The position numbers and the translations under genes were made by a program. DNA of 15,628 bases from Octopus sinensis (lineage: Eukaryota), in the NCBI RefSeq assembly GCF_006345805.1, contig NW_021825429.1, positions 1-15,628 on the forward strand, written 5' to 3'. The notes below the pieces were generated by a model that was given only the letters and a program-made list of their open reading frames with translations, did not search any database and was not told where the DNA came from. This document shows positions 1 to 9,305 of this stretch, piece after piece (position 1 is the stretch's first letter; each line of letters opens with the position of its first letter).

Positions 1-267
1 GATGACCTCACTTTAAGTTTACTCAAGCATTTGAATAGAGTGGGATGATTTCTTGATGATGCATGTAGAAAAAAAATTGCATCTCCTTTATCAGTTTAGG
101 TTTTACCTCACAAGGGGTTTAAATAATGATTACCGACTAATTTATAATATGTGTGGGCAATTTTTTCAAAGAAATATACTAACTTGAGTTATTTATACTG
201 CAATAATTAGCAATTTTTAAAAAAAGTCAATTTATTTAATGAAAAAAAGTCATGGAACAAAATCAAA

Positions 268-420
268 TTAATATTTAGTTGCATTCCCTTTTGCTAGTAG
301 TACTGCATCCAATCTTTTTTGTAAGGATAAGTTTCTGGCATTCGAATGGAGTAATATTTTCCCATTCTTCATAGCAAATTGTTTTCAATTCTTGAATGTT
401 TTTCGATTTATATCTTAGGT
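268..420 (-). mobile_element. Tc1-family transposase C-terminal fragment (frameshifted relic)
   Basis: Minus strand reads RYKSKNIQELKTICYEEWENITPFECQKLILT and, after a frameshift, KRLDAVLLAKGNATKY* (TAA 270-268). This matches the typical Tc1 C-terminus (ELK..I.EEW..I...C.KLV.SM..RL.AV...KG..TKY). The upstream boundary is approximate. Confidence 0.8.
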
Positions 421-742
421 TTGGACACGATTCAGTTATTATATTCGGAAATATGAATTCGAAATAAAAAAATTTGAGGTGATTAAAGGCGGCCTGGCTA
501 TTAATTTGCTGTACGTAATTCGATTACTTGAAGAAAGCGTATAAACTTAATAACAAAGATTTTAAATTAAAATGCAGACCTTTTTTAAGGTGATGACATT
601 TTAGAAATTCCCTGGTTAAAAATATGAATCGATAGACAATGGAGCAGATTAATAAATTGAAATTGATACTTAAAACAAGTTTATATTACTATTCAGGTTT
701 TTAAACAAAAAAATATCTAAATAGGGAATATAAAAGAATAAA

Positions 743-777
743 TAGGATTTAGGATTATAGGATAGGATTATAGGATT
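743..777. repeat. Degenerate TAGGAT short tandem repeat (5 copies)
   Basis: TAGGAT starts at 743, 750, 758, 763 and 771. Confidence 0.8.
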
Positions 778-959
778 AAAAGAATTGTAAGATTAAATTA
801 TTTAAATATTTAATTGATAATTATATTTATTCAGAAAATTAGTAAAGGTCTCGCGTTTTATGTAGAAAAGGTCCATCTATTTTTAAATTTTAATATGATG
901 AGAATATTTTAAAAAATCAATACCTCTGGGGTTAATTTAAAACCAAGTGAGCTAATTTA

Positions 960-1861
960 TCTCCGAGTCTGGATTCTTTTCAAGAGATATTTTACTCCGA
1001 AGGGGGGTTCCGCAAGGATCCTGCCTCAGTCCACATCTCTTCAATTTGGTTATGAGCAGTTTCCCTTTGCCCCAAGACCCCCGGACAAATCTACTTCTCT
1101 ATGCAGATAACGTCCTTATTCTTGACACCTCAAAGGACGCGATGGCCTCAGAAAAGAGGCTTTTCACCTACATTGAGGTAATAAAAGAGTGGTGCGCCAG
1201 CAAGCAGCTCTCGTTAGGAATGGATAAATCCGCATACCTACAAATCAACTCGAAAAAGTCATCAGATCAGATCTCTAGCCGAAATTGTCCGCCCCAGCTG
1301 CATACGCTAACTCGGGTGCATGTCAAGAAAAAGAGAGCGAAAGCCATTGAAGAAGAAGCAAGCATGCATCTGGATACTAAGACTTTCCTCTTCGTATTCC
1401 ACGCAACCATCCTACCCAGCTTGCTGAACGGAATGGAAGCATGGTACTACTCGAAAGATCTCGAGAAAATTTACAGGCAATGAGAAAAAATTCGACGCTA
1501 CGTGCTGAAGCTAGCTTACAGGCTTGACCCACGAGGCCCCGTCCCAAGCTGGGCGGAGTCCAGATCCCCAGAGATACGACTGGTCATTGAGAATTCTATC
1601 CGGTCTTTCCGGAGAAGATCTCAAGTGACCGACCTGTTCATCGATCGGAACAAGTGACCCCCCCAGATTTCCTCAAACAGCAATATTGCTGGATAAGTAA
1701 TTCCTGCTTTCTTAAATCTCTGCTTTCTTAACTCTGGCTCACGACAGATGAATTGGACGCACGCTCAGAAGAGTTCAGTTGCCTTGACTTCAGTCTCGTG
1801 CTATCATTGTCCTTAATTCCTGTCACTTACTCTGTTAATTACAATAAAATTGATTGATTGA
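960..1861 (+). mobile_element. 5'-truncated APE-type non-LTR retrotransposon (LINE A): RT C-terminal half, 3' UTR and tail; inactivated
   Basis: GVPQGSCLSPHLFN at 1004-1045 is in frame with LLLYADNVLIL (YADD degenerated to YADN). The thumb region TFLFVFHATILPSLLNGMEAWY follows, with an in-frame TGA at 1481-1483. AATAAA at 1843-1848 is followed by a (TTGA)3 tail. Clade and 5' end are uncertain. Confidence 0.85.
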
Positions 1862-1881
1862 ACTTACAAATTTTGTTAATA

Positions 1882-2001
1882 ATGGCACCTAAAGTTAGCA
1901 CAAAGAAACAAAAAAAGCTCATATTAAAACCAAAAATGTTGCTGTTGGTACAAAGAAAAAAAGGAAAAAAAACTTTTTCGATATATCTTATGAAATCATG
2001 A
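1882..2001 (+). pseudogene. Possible histone H2B N-terminal pseudogene fragment
   Basis: ATG 1882 gives MAPKVSTKK. A shifted frame gives KKAHIKTKNVAVGTKKKRKK, and the original frame resumes with TFSIYLMKS*. This resembles the H2B tail and (E)S/TY/FSIYIYK. Two frameshifts in A-runs are required and no histone fold follows. Confidence 0.35.
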
Positions 2002-2082
2002 TTACTTGTATATATGAAAATGATCTTTAAATAAAAATAATTAAAATAGCAAAAAAACATTAACTAAACCCAAAACTAATTA

Positions 2083-3787
2083 CAGTCCGACCTCTAATTG
2101 GGGCGCACCTCCAGGGGTGGGGCACCTCTTTTTTGGGGAAAACTCTGTTTTGGGGCATTATAAATTTTTTTAACCAAATTATAAAAAATCAATTAATTTT
2201 AACATCTCTATTTGGGGCATTGATTTTTTATTAAATAAAATTAATTATACCAATTTAAAAAATAAATATTTTAAGACACGTTTCATTTCAAATTTCTTGT
2301 GTAATGCCTTTGAATTATTATTATTATTATTATTATTTAAAGACCAAACACGGGCAAAGCCAGTTAATTATAGTTATTCCCGTGATCGCCGATCCAAACG
2401 AGGGAGATCCTTCTGAAAGGTTCAATCCTTCCCGCAAGATCGGCCTGAGACGACGATGTCCCAGGGTCTGAGAAGCTAAGAGTCCTTTTTCGGTAGGCAT
2501 TAAGTGCCTCCTGAGCGTTGCCATATCCGGAGGAATGAAACCAAGTTGAAGATTGCTGATCATCTTTTAAAGAAAGAACATTCTGAGAGGAGATTATCCA
2601 TAATGTACAATACTAGCAAGGGAACTATTTTTCGTATAAAAAAGAATATTCTTCCATTTATCAAAAAAGGATTTCTTTTCCTCATCATTAAGTGAAAATA
2701 AAAACGGATTTGATGAAAAAGTCCTTGATATTTTTCAGCGTCTAAGGGATCAGAATGTTCCAGTTTCTGGAACTCTTTTAAAAAAAATTTCCCTAACTGT
2801 TTCTTTGAGAATGGGCTTAAACAAGTTTAAAGCTTCAAATGGATGGTTAGAAAAATTCAAGCAAAGGCATGAATTAAAATTCCGAACATTGTCAGGCGAA
2901 TTCGCATCTGCTGATCATGCGATAATTCTGAATTTTTTATCAGATTAAATATCAAAGTTGAACAATATGGAAAGGAGAACATTTTTAATTGTGACGAAAC
3001 TTCTCTTTTTATCGAATTTTATGCTCTTCGTCCAAAAATGCGTGGATGACAAGAGACATTTTTATATCCTGGCTCAAAAAACTAATGAAAAAATGATTAT
3101 TCAAAAAAGAAAAATCTTAATGTTATTAGATAACGCTGCTTGCCACAAAATATCGACATTAGCAACGTGATTTTTTATTTTTTCTAAAAAATACGACACT
3201 AATACTTCAACCATTGGATGCTGGAATCATTAAAAATTTCAAGGATAATTATTTGAATTGTCTAATTGATTTTTTATGTTTTCAAGACGACCAGGATTTG
3301 TTTATAGAGTCTTTATCCAAATTAAATTTGCGGCAAGTGGTAACAATAATCTCAGATGCTTGGAATAATGTATCTGCGGATATTATTTATAACTGCTGGC
3401 AAAAGGTTTTTCGACAATCTCCATCAGACTCGAGTTGCATAAATGAATCATCTGAAGAAATATTTAATAATGTTATTGATGAATGTTTTGATGAAATAGA
3501 AGATAATGATCCAAATATCTAACTATCAATATCACAAATTTTAAGTTTGATGGAAAACTTAGAGACAAACATCTTTGATTTGATTCCAGATTCTCTTCAT
3601 GATTTTTATGAATTCAGAAAGAAAGTGTCGTTAGGAATTAAAAATAAATATAAATATGGAGAAAAATTAACTGATTATTTTAAAAAATAATGTTCTTTTT
3701 CTTTATTTATTGAGCTTTTTGAAAAACCTCTTTTTTGGGGAAACCTCTGATTTGAGGCACTTAGTGCCCCATTTAGAGGTCGGACTG
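2083..3787 (+). mobile_element. pogo/Tigger-family DNA transposon, both TIRs present, degenerate transposase
   Basis: TIR cagtccgacctctaattggggc (2083-2104) matches the inverse at 3766-3787 (1 mismatch), with TA on both sides (2081-82, 3788-89). Transposase relics: HTH (ETKLKIAD..MYNTSKGTIFRIKK), CENP-B-type FKASNGWLEKFKQRH, catalytic IFNCDETSLF / LLDNAACH / LQPLDAGIIKNFK, and C-terminal KLTDYFKK* (stop 3688-3690). Frameshifts, stops and an internal deletion are present. Confidence 0.92.
2316..2536 (-). mobile_element. 221-bp retroposed insertion (5'-truncated LINE/SINE-like, (TAA)n tail) nested in the pogo transposase start
   Basis: The segment is GC-richer than its surroundings, with a (TTA)n run at 2315-2338 that reads as a (TAA)n 3' tail on the minus strand. 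GAAT is duplicated at 2312-2315 and 2533-2536. Removing the segment restores ATG CCT TTG AAT GAA ACC AAG TTG AAG ATT (MPLNETKLKI). Confidence 0.75.
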
Positions 3788-3879
3788 TAACTAATTCATT
3801 GACCCTAGTCTTCGGAAATTTTTCTTCTCAGGGGAGAACTATCCACCAATGCACTATCACTTTTATTTTCCAAATCATT

Positions 3880-4495
3880 CATGATTTGTCTATTTGTTTT
3901 GTCTGAGGAGTCTTCGCAAACAACTGGCTGGTTGTTGTAATAAATTTTTCTTTAGACGTATGAATGCCATGCCTATGCTCCTCCACCATGCTTTCTAGTG
4001 TCTTCTTTATCACAAGTGCCTGAATGTATGTTCTTGTCGGGCCTTCAACAGATAATTTTTCCATATAGGCTTTGTAACAAGTTGAAGAGTCTCTCCTGCG
4101 ATTTAATTCCCATTTCAATTATGGTAATTTCATTCTTCAGCTTGTCATGGATAAAGATATCTGGCTTATTGAACTAATAGTTGATATTGATGTATCCACC
4201 CGTATCTCGAAATTTTTGGTCCATAAACTATAGATTTAACCAAATGGGATTTTAGCTTCCCAATTTTCTTTACTCCTAAGTGTTTGCAAACGTCCAAATG
4301 GATGCATTTTACAACCTCGTCGTGCCTTCACACATAGTCACTGTTAACATTCTGTTGCACAGAGTGGCCATGTGGTCTACTGTCTCTTAGATTTCTTGCA
4401 ATGATTGCAAAGCGCATCACGCGCAGAAAAGAACAAATTTCTATCTTGCAAAAGGCAATACAAAGCTTTACTTCTTATTTTCAGACGTGAAATCG
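3880..4495 (-). mobile_element. RLE-type (R4/Dong-like) non-LTR retrotransposon 3' fragment
   Basis: Across frameshifts: LYCLLQDRNLFF..LCNHCKKSK/ETVDHMATLC (CCHC knuckle), RHDEVVKCIHL, EIRVDT, NKPDIFIHDKLKNEITIIE (PD..E restriction-like endonuclease), and YIQALVIKKTLES. Clade assignment is from memory of motifs. Confidence 0.8.
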
Positions 4496-4826
4496 AATAA
4501 TTTTTATTTGAGAAAAACATGCACTACTTGATTGTTTCAAATCTCCAAATTGTGTTATTTTTAGTATATTTAATTATCTTAACTTATCGAGTCTTTCAAT
4601 TAATTGGAGGAACAAAAGAGCCATCGGGAAACGGTGCTTTAGGTTGAATTTCTAAATATAAAATTTAGTTAAATAAAATAGAATTTAGTTCTTTTCAAAA
4701 ACAAATTCCAACACTGAAAATATAATATGATACTTTGGCCTTAAGAATATTTTTTCCAGTAATTGTCGTTTATTCGATTACCCAATATAGACTGAAAATG
4801 TATGTTTTAAAAAATTTAATTTTTTA

Positions 4827-5590
4827 GAGAAGAAGAATATGGTTTATTTAATACAATAGCTCCAAAAGAAAAGTGGCCGAGGAATTAGAGCTTAGGGGGC
4901 TTGATAACGAGAGCCACGAAGGTCTCAACCTCGGTTTTGCCCCAGGAGACTGTCTTATCTCCCTCTGCGAATTCGAGTTTTTGCCAGGATCGCGTTTATC
5001 GTGTCAACACTCCGCTCATGCAGGTCCTCCAGCGGACTGCTGAGCTCCAGGCCGAATGCCAGTTTGATGGCAAATCGTCTGGTTTTTTCGAGTTTGGCGA
5101 TTAGAAGGTCCCTTTCATCAGTTTGGTACCAGCCCTCCGAACCATAGATTATTAGTGGCTGAACACAAGTCTGGTAGATGTGTAGAAACGTTTCTGCGCT
5201 TAGACAAAAACACCTCAGTCCTTTTAGGATTTTCGCTCCTTGTTTCCGCTTTGCATGCACATGGGGTTGTATGACCCGGTGGGGTCTATAGTTACTCCCA
5301 GGTAACGTAGGTTCTTCGATATAATCAGGTTCCCATAATCCTCGAAAGTCGGTTTTTTGTCACGACCCATTGAAATCCAACAAATGGTACTTTTGTCCCG
5401 AGCGAGATTCAAGCCTTTACCATTGCACCAGATTTCAAGTTCCTCCAAGTACGGTTCTAGTCTGCTCCAGGACAACCTTCTTCTGTGTCGGGGTCCCCAC
5501 ATCGAGACATCCGTAACCAAGATATCGTCCGCGTAGATAATTAGTCTGCTCGTAGGAAAATGTGGTTTCGGGACGTCGGCCAGAAATATA
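4827..5590 (-). mobile_element. 5'-truncated APE-type non-LTR retrotransposon (LINE B) with candidate 11-bp TSD
   Basis: RLIIYADDILV, WCNGKGLNLARDKS, LRYLGVTID, then (frameshift) IYQTCVQPLIIYGSEGWY..LEKTRRFAIKLAFGL. AATAAA lies at 4848-4843, followed by a (TTC)n-like tail. Identical ttaatttttta flanks both ends (4816-4826 and 5591-5601). Confidence 0.88.
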
Positions 5591-5682
5591 TTAATTTTTT
5601 ACTTACACAATAATTTTTTTAAATATAGATTATAATTTTAAATTTTATAAAATATGACAAATACACTTTGACTTAATTATAA

Positions 5683-6495
5683 ATGAATAAGCCTGGTCAG
5701 CTTTAACTACTTTTAATAATTATCTAGATGTCACCGTAGCCATAGCACATGAAACCTACAAAAAAAAGAAAGTAAAATTAAATAGTATATTTTAGAAAAG
5801 TGAAATCGAAATTGATGATAACTGTTTCTTTTATATAAAAAACTACGATCAAAAGGATAGCGAAACAAAAGTGGAATCCGGTTCTAAATGTGGTTCGATA
5901 AAGACCTCATTTAGTATGCATTTTAATTAGTTCCTGTTAATTAATCCCATGAATAATAATTACCATAACTCATTTTAGTACAGGAAAATTGTTCTTTGAT
6001 TGATTTACCACTTCATTCTGCTTGTCGACGAAAGGAAATAGATTTTGTGCTGGAATCTATAAAACACGGAGTTTTTTGATCTTTTCAATATTTGAGGTCT
6101 CCTGTAACACAGTGGATAGTGCAGGAAATATTCTTCTTCACTTGGCTGCGGATATTGACGACGAAGAATTAATAAAAAAGATTCTTTCAGTTACAGAAAA
6201 CGTGAATTCCACAGTATTTTCAGTTTAATTATATTTAGAATAAATTGGGAATGACCGCATTGCATCGAGCTGCAATTAAAGGATATGCAAATATTGTAGA
6301 TTTGTTGTTAAAAAATGGTATTATTTTAACATAAATTGAATAGGAGTCGATCCAACAATTTTAGATAAAAATAACATGCAGGCTTTAGATCATTCAACTA
6401 ATAATCAAGTTTCGGCAATTTTGAAATTATCAGTTTATGGAATTAGTGAAAACATTAAAAATTATTTGGGGAGCTCTGAGGAAGAGGCAGAGTAG
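5683..6495 (+). CDS. OSTF1: Osteoclast-stimulating factor 1-like protein (degenerate SH3 plus ankyrin repeats), 204 aa, 7 exons
   Basis: Exons 5683-5695, 5728-5771, 5796-5913, 5979-6070, 6097-6213, 6239-6317 and 6344-6495 join into a stop-free 615-nt frame. All introns are GT-AG (32, 24, 65, 26, 25, 26 nt). The segments IDLPLHSACRR..VDSAGNILLHLA..NKLGMTALHRAAIKGYANIVDLLLKNG align by eye to OSTF1 ([43 protein letters not shown]). Length and the acidic tail also fit. The three 5' exons are less certain than the ankyrin exons. Confidence 0.8.
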
Positions 6496-6508
6496 ACTAA
6501 TCTTTTGC

Positions 6509-6514
6509 AATAAA
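6509..6514 (+). promoter_or_regulatory. Putative polyadenylation signal of the OSTF1-like gene
   Basis: AATAAA lies 13 nt after the TAG stop. The motif is common in AT-rich DNA. Confidence 0.5.
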
Positions 6515-6656
6515 ATTGGATTTTATTTTTAAATGATTCTTAAAAGAATAAATTTACTTTTTAAACGAAATAATAATTCTTAGTTAGATTATTAAAAAAT
6601 ACTGTTTGAATAATCTTTGTGACAGGAACTTTATTAAATAAACTATAGCTAATTAC

Positions 6657-6878
6657 TGGAGACACACAAAGAAACTTAGCTCCTTATTAGGAGACAGTAA
6701 AGATATCATACGGAGAAAAACCATGTTAAACGCAGCATTACACAGACTGAAGAACCTATGGTTAAAACTGAAACAAAAATAACATAAAACAGAGAATAAT
6801 GATATAGGACACATCGAACCAATTTTTCTATACAACTCTGGGACCTGGGGCACTTCAAAAAAGGAATTGGAGAGGCTG
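6657..6878 (+). mobile_element. RTE-like non-LTR RT thumb fragment (not in ORF track)
   Basis: WRHTKKLSSLLGDSKDIIRRKTMLNAALHRLKNLW..*..IEPIFLYNSGTWGTSKKELERL resembles the post-RT region of RTE-type elements. It contains one in-frame stop. Confidence 0.7.
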
Positions 6879-7190
6879 GTGATTTTTAGCGTTTCTGCCA
6901 GGTTAGTTGCGGAGCCCGCCTCTGTGGCTGACGTAAAGATGCTTCCGGCGGAGAAGGTGTCTGTGCAAGTTGCGTTCCAGATGAGCGACTTGCCATTTTC
7001 GAAGGGGAAAATCGTTAGGCTGTCAGGACGATTACCATCCTCCTGAATCAGGCCGACCGGTTCCAACTGTGATGGGAATCGGGCAGTTTCAAGAGTCCGC
7101 TTGACTATGTTGTTGAGGGCAGCGTGTCGGGGAAGCGTCCGGAGCTTCTCTGACACGATAATAAGTGCAATCCAAAGGGGTTTACCTCAA
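6879..7190 (-). mobile_element. CRE-like non-LTR retrotransposon C-terminal (RLE) fragment
   Basis: VNPFGLHLLSCQRSSGR/PRHAALNNIVKRTL..PSQLEPVGL..DGNRPDSLTIFP..GKSLIWNATCTDT..AGSATNLAETLK matches the CRE-clade knuckle and RPD..WD endonuclease pattern, with the catalytic D changed to N. Confidence 0.85.
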
Positions 7191-7629
7191 TTATTTAATA
7201 AATTGTTAATTATTCAGCGGCCGGATAGAATGGTGACTCGAATTTATCCAACCGCAACGAAGGGTTTGTTCCATAATCTTTTTTTAACTCGAAACTATGT
7301 ATAATTTTTTATCTAAACTTTATCTCCAACACTAAATTTATATTTACTATTGTGGACATTGATTTTCCTATTTATTGCCTTATAGTAGACTGAGTTTACA
7401 TCAATCGGATTTAAATTAAGTTTGAATTTTTTGGACTTGGACAATTAGAATCGCATAAATATAAATTCAAAGTTAAAATACTTGAATTTTCTAAATTTGA
7501 ACATATCAGGCCGACCGATTCCAACTTAAAACATAATTTTCAAAATGATTTTTAATATTTTCTTAAAACATAATTTGATAATTATAACCTGCATCAACTG
7601 TGTTTATTCCGCTTATTTTTTGATATCTT

Positions 7630-7800
7630 TCGAAAGGACTCTGATTTGAAAATGAATGTACAGCCTTGTTATAACGGTACACTGCTTTTTTGAGAATTTC
7701 CAGCCACTTTTTTTCATCTGTGTCTTTCATTTTGGAGAGTTTTCGGGTGATGGTTTGATTAAAACGTTTGACAATCTCCTTTGTAGGCATCTTGTTGACA
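7630..7800 (-). mobile_element. Retroviral-type (rve) integrase C-terminal core fragment
   Basis: EIVKRFNQTITRKLSKM..KKWLEILKKAVYRYNKAVHSFSNQSPFE corresponds to the VERFN..W...YN...H....SPFE motif. Confidence 0.8.
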
Positions 7801-7858
7801 ATAAGGCAGCACTCTGAGACGAAATAATATTTATAATAAAAATAATCCTTTATTGATC

Positions 7859-7989
7859 CCATTTAGTTTGTATTAAATTCACTTGATTTACTGTTAGTCC
7901 CACTTAGTTTTCTGCTAGACCCACTAGTTTGTTGTTGATTCCACTTGATTTTCTGTTGATTCCAATTAATTTGGTTCATCCTATTTAGT
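7859..7989. repeat. Degenerate ~21-bp minisatellite (about 6 units), consensus near ccacttgattttctgttgatt
   Basis: Units start at 7859, 7879, 7900, 7921, 7941 and 7962, with lengths of 19-21 nt. Confidence 0.75.
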
Positions 7990-8134
7990 ATGGGGAATAA
8001 TATAGAAAAATCAAAGAAATAAAGAATCTCAAAATTCATAAATCAGGCGGCATTAACGATACAGGCTCATAAAAAATTAGCAATAAATTTCATTTTGAAA
8101 ACAAAAAAATATATTTTCTAAAATTACGTTAATA

Positions 8135-8632
8135 ATAAAACATTTACGTGGAGAGGCCTTGTGCTCCTCGGATACAAGGCAAGTCGAAAGGTCGATTTAT
8201 TCATTTAATCAAAGCATAAAACGCCTGATATTGTCGGCAAGTTCTCGAAATTGTTTTGGACAATCTTGCGCATGCATAAAAGACATGTTTATAATTACAA
8301 CAATACTATTCATTCTACGACAAAAAATCCGATTTTACATATTTATGAATGTTGGAAATCTTTGAAAAATTAATGAAGAAGAAATTGAGAAACTTTTAGC
8401 CTTTGATTCTAGGGAATTATTAGAGGCACAAGAAAGTGCATTAGAAAATTTAATTATTGTTAGCAAAAAAATGATTGAAAAAAATTGAGATACGACGAAG
8501 AAAATATCAAGGTTGGAACGACTATACTTTAAAGTTGCAAACAAAAAAAAGGCTTTACTTCTAAGAAGTCAATTTGGAAAAGGAAGCGAAGAAACAATAA
8601 TTGCATTGGATTCTCTTCGAATGTCTAAATAA
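8135..8632 (+). mobile_element. Second rve integrase relic with C-terminal extension, heavily frameshifted
   Basis: Joining frames gives IKHLRG/RPCAPRIQG/..FNQSIKRLI and VYNYNNTIHSTTKNP. An acidic/basic tail (NEEEIEKLL..) follows, with in-frame TGA stops. Ends are approximate. Confidence 0.7.
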
Positions 8633-9305
8633 TCCCAAAGTCGATACCTGAATCCTTCCATTTTAGTTAAATTAAATTTTTTTTATCAAAAGATAACTTT
8701 ATTTCTTGTCAATTTCTAGTTTTTAATACAAAAAATTCACCAAGTTTCCAGATTTTGGAGCCTAGCCAAAGACGTAGAGATTAGTCGTTTTTATGAGTTT
8801 TTGATTGTCACTTATGATTTCAGACTTGTCTATGTACTTAATTAAACAGTCAATAAAATACTTGTTGAGGAAGCAACTTATGTTATTACCACGGAGGAAA
8901 TCAAATAAAATCTTGGAATTCGTTAGCAGATCATGCCTTAATCTCTAAAAAAACTTCTGGAAAGAAAATTATTTTGTATTTTGGATCTCCTGGAAGAAGC
9001 GTATCCCAAAATCACTATTTGGATGTTTAGGAAAGTAGAAAAGAAATGAGAACCATTTCGGTCGACAATTCTAAAACTAAACCTTAGAAAAAGTGCAATC
9101 TGAACATTTTAAACACTATATTTATTAGACTAGCAGAATGTTAAAAATTAAGATTTCTGTAGAAATGCATATTGGGAGGGTACTGGAATGTCTGATCAGG
9201 AGTTTAAAAATGCCTTGAGGGAGAAACAGCATTGGATTTATTGCTTCCTCGACATACTTTCTGGGTAATATTCGTTTCGATAATGCCCATAATGTTGATC
9301 ATCTG

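Noticed and set aside
4560-4800. Possible tiny-intron gene on the minus strand (SILGNRINDNYWKK / EIQPKAPFPDGSFVPPIN)
   Set aside because: No splice model gives a stop-free frame, it needs a 20-nt intron, there is no room for a 5' end, and there is no recognisable homology.
7219-7253. Imperfect hairpin containing Ginger-TIR-like GG(C/T)(C/T)GGATA motifs
   Set aside because: The match is only 8-10 nt, with no TGT terminus or partner end; it may be chance.
8159-8632. TGA read as Trp/Sec (a long frame interrupted only by TGA; also at 46-48 and 1481-1483)
   Set aside because: These stops are in frameshifted TE relics or unassigned sequence. The one at 1481 aligns with Leu in LINE B, and the conserved homeobox Trp uses TGG.
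8640-9110. Coding-looking fragments between the integrase relic and the Lhx 3' end
   Set aside because: Several short open stretches and GT-AG segments exist, but none join into a consistent frame or a known motif.
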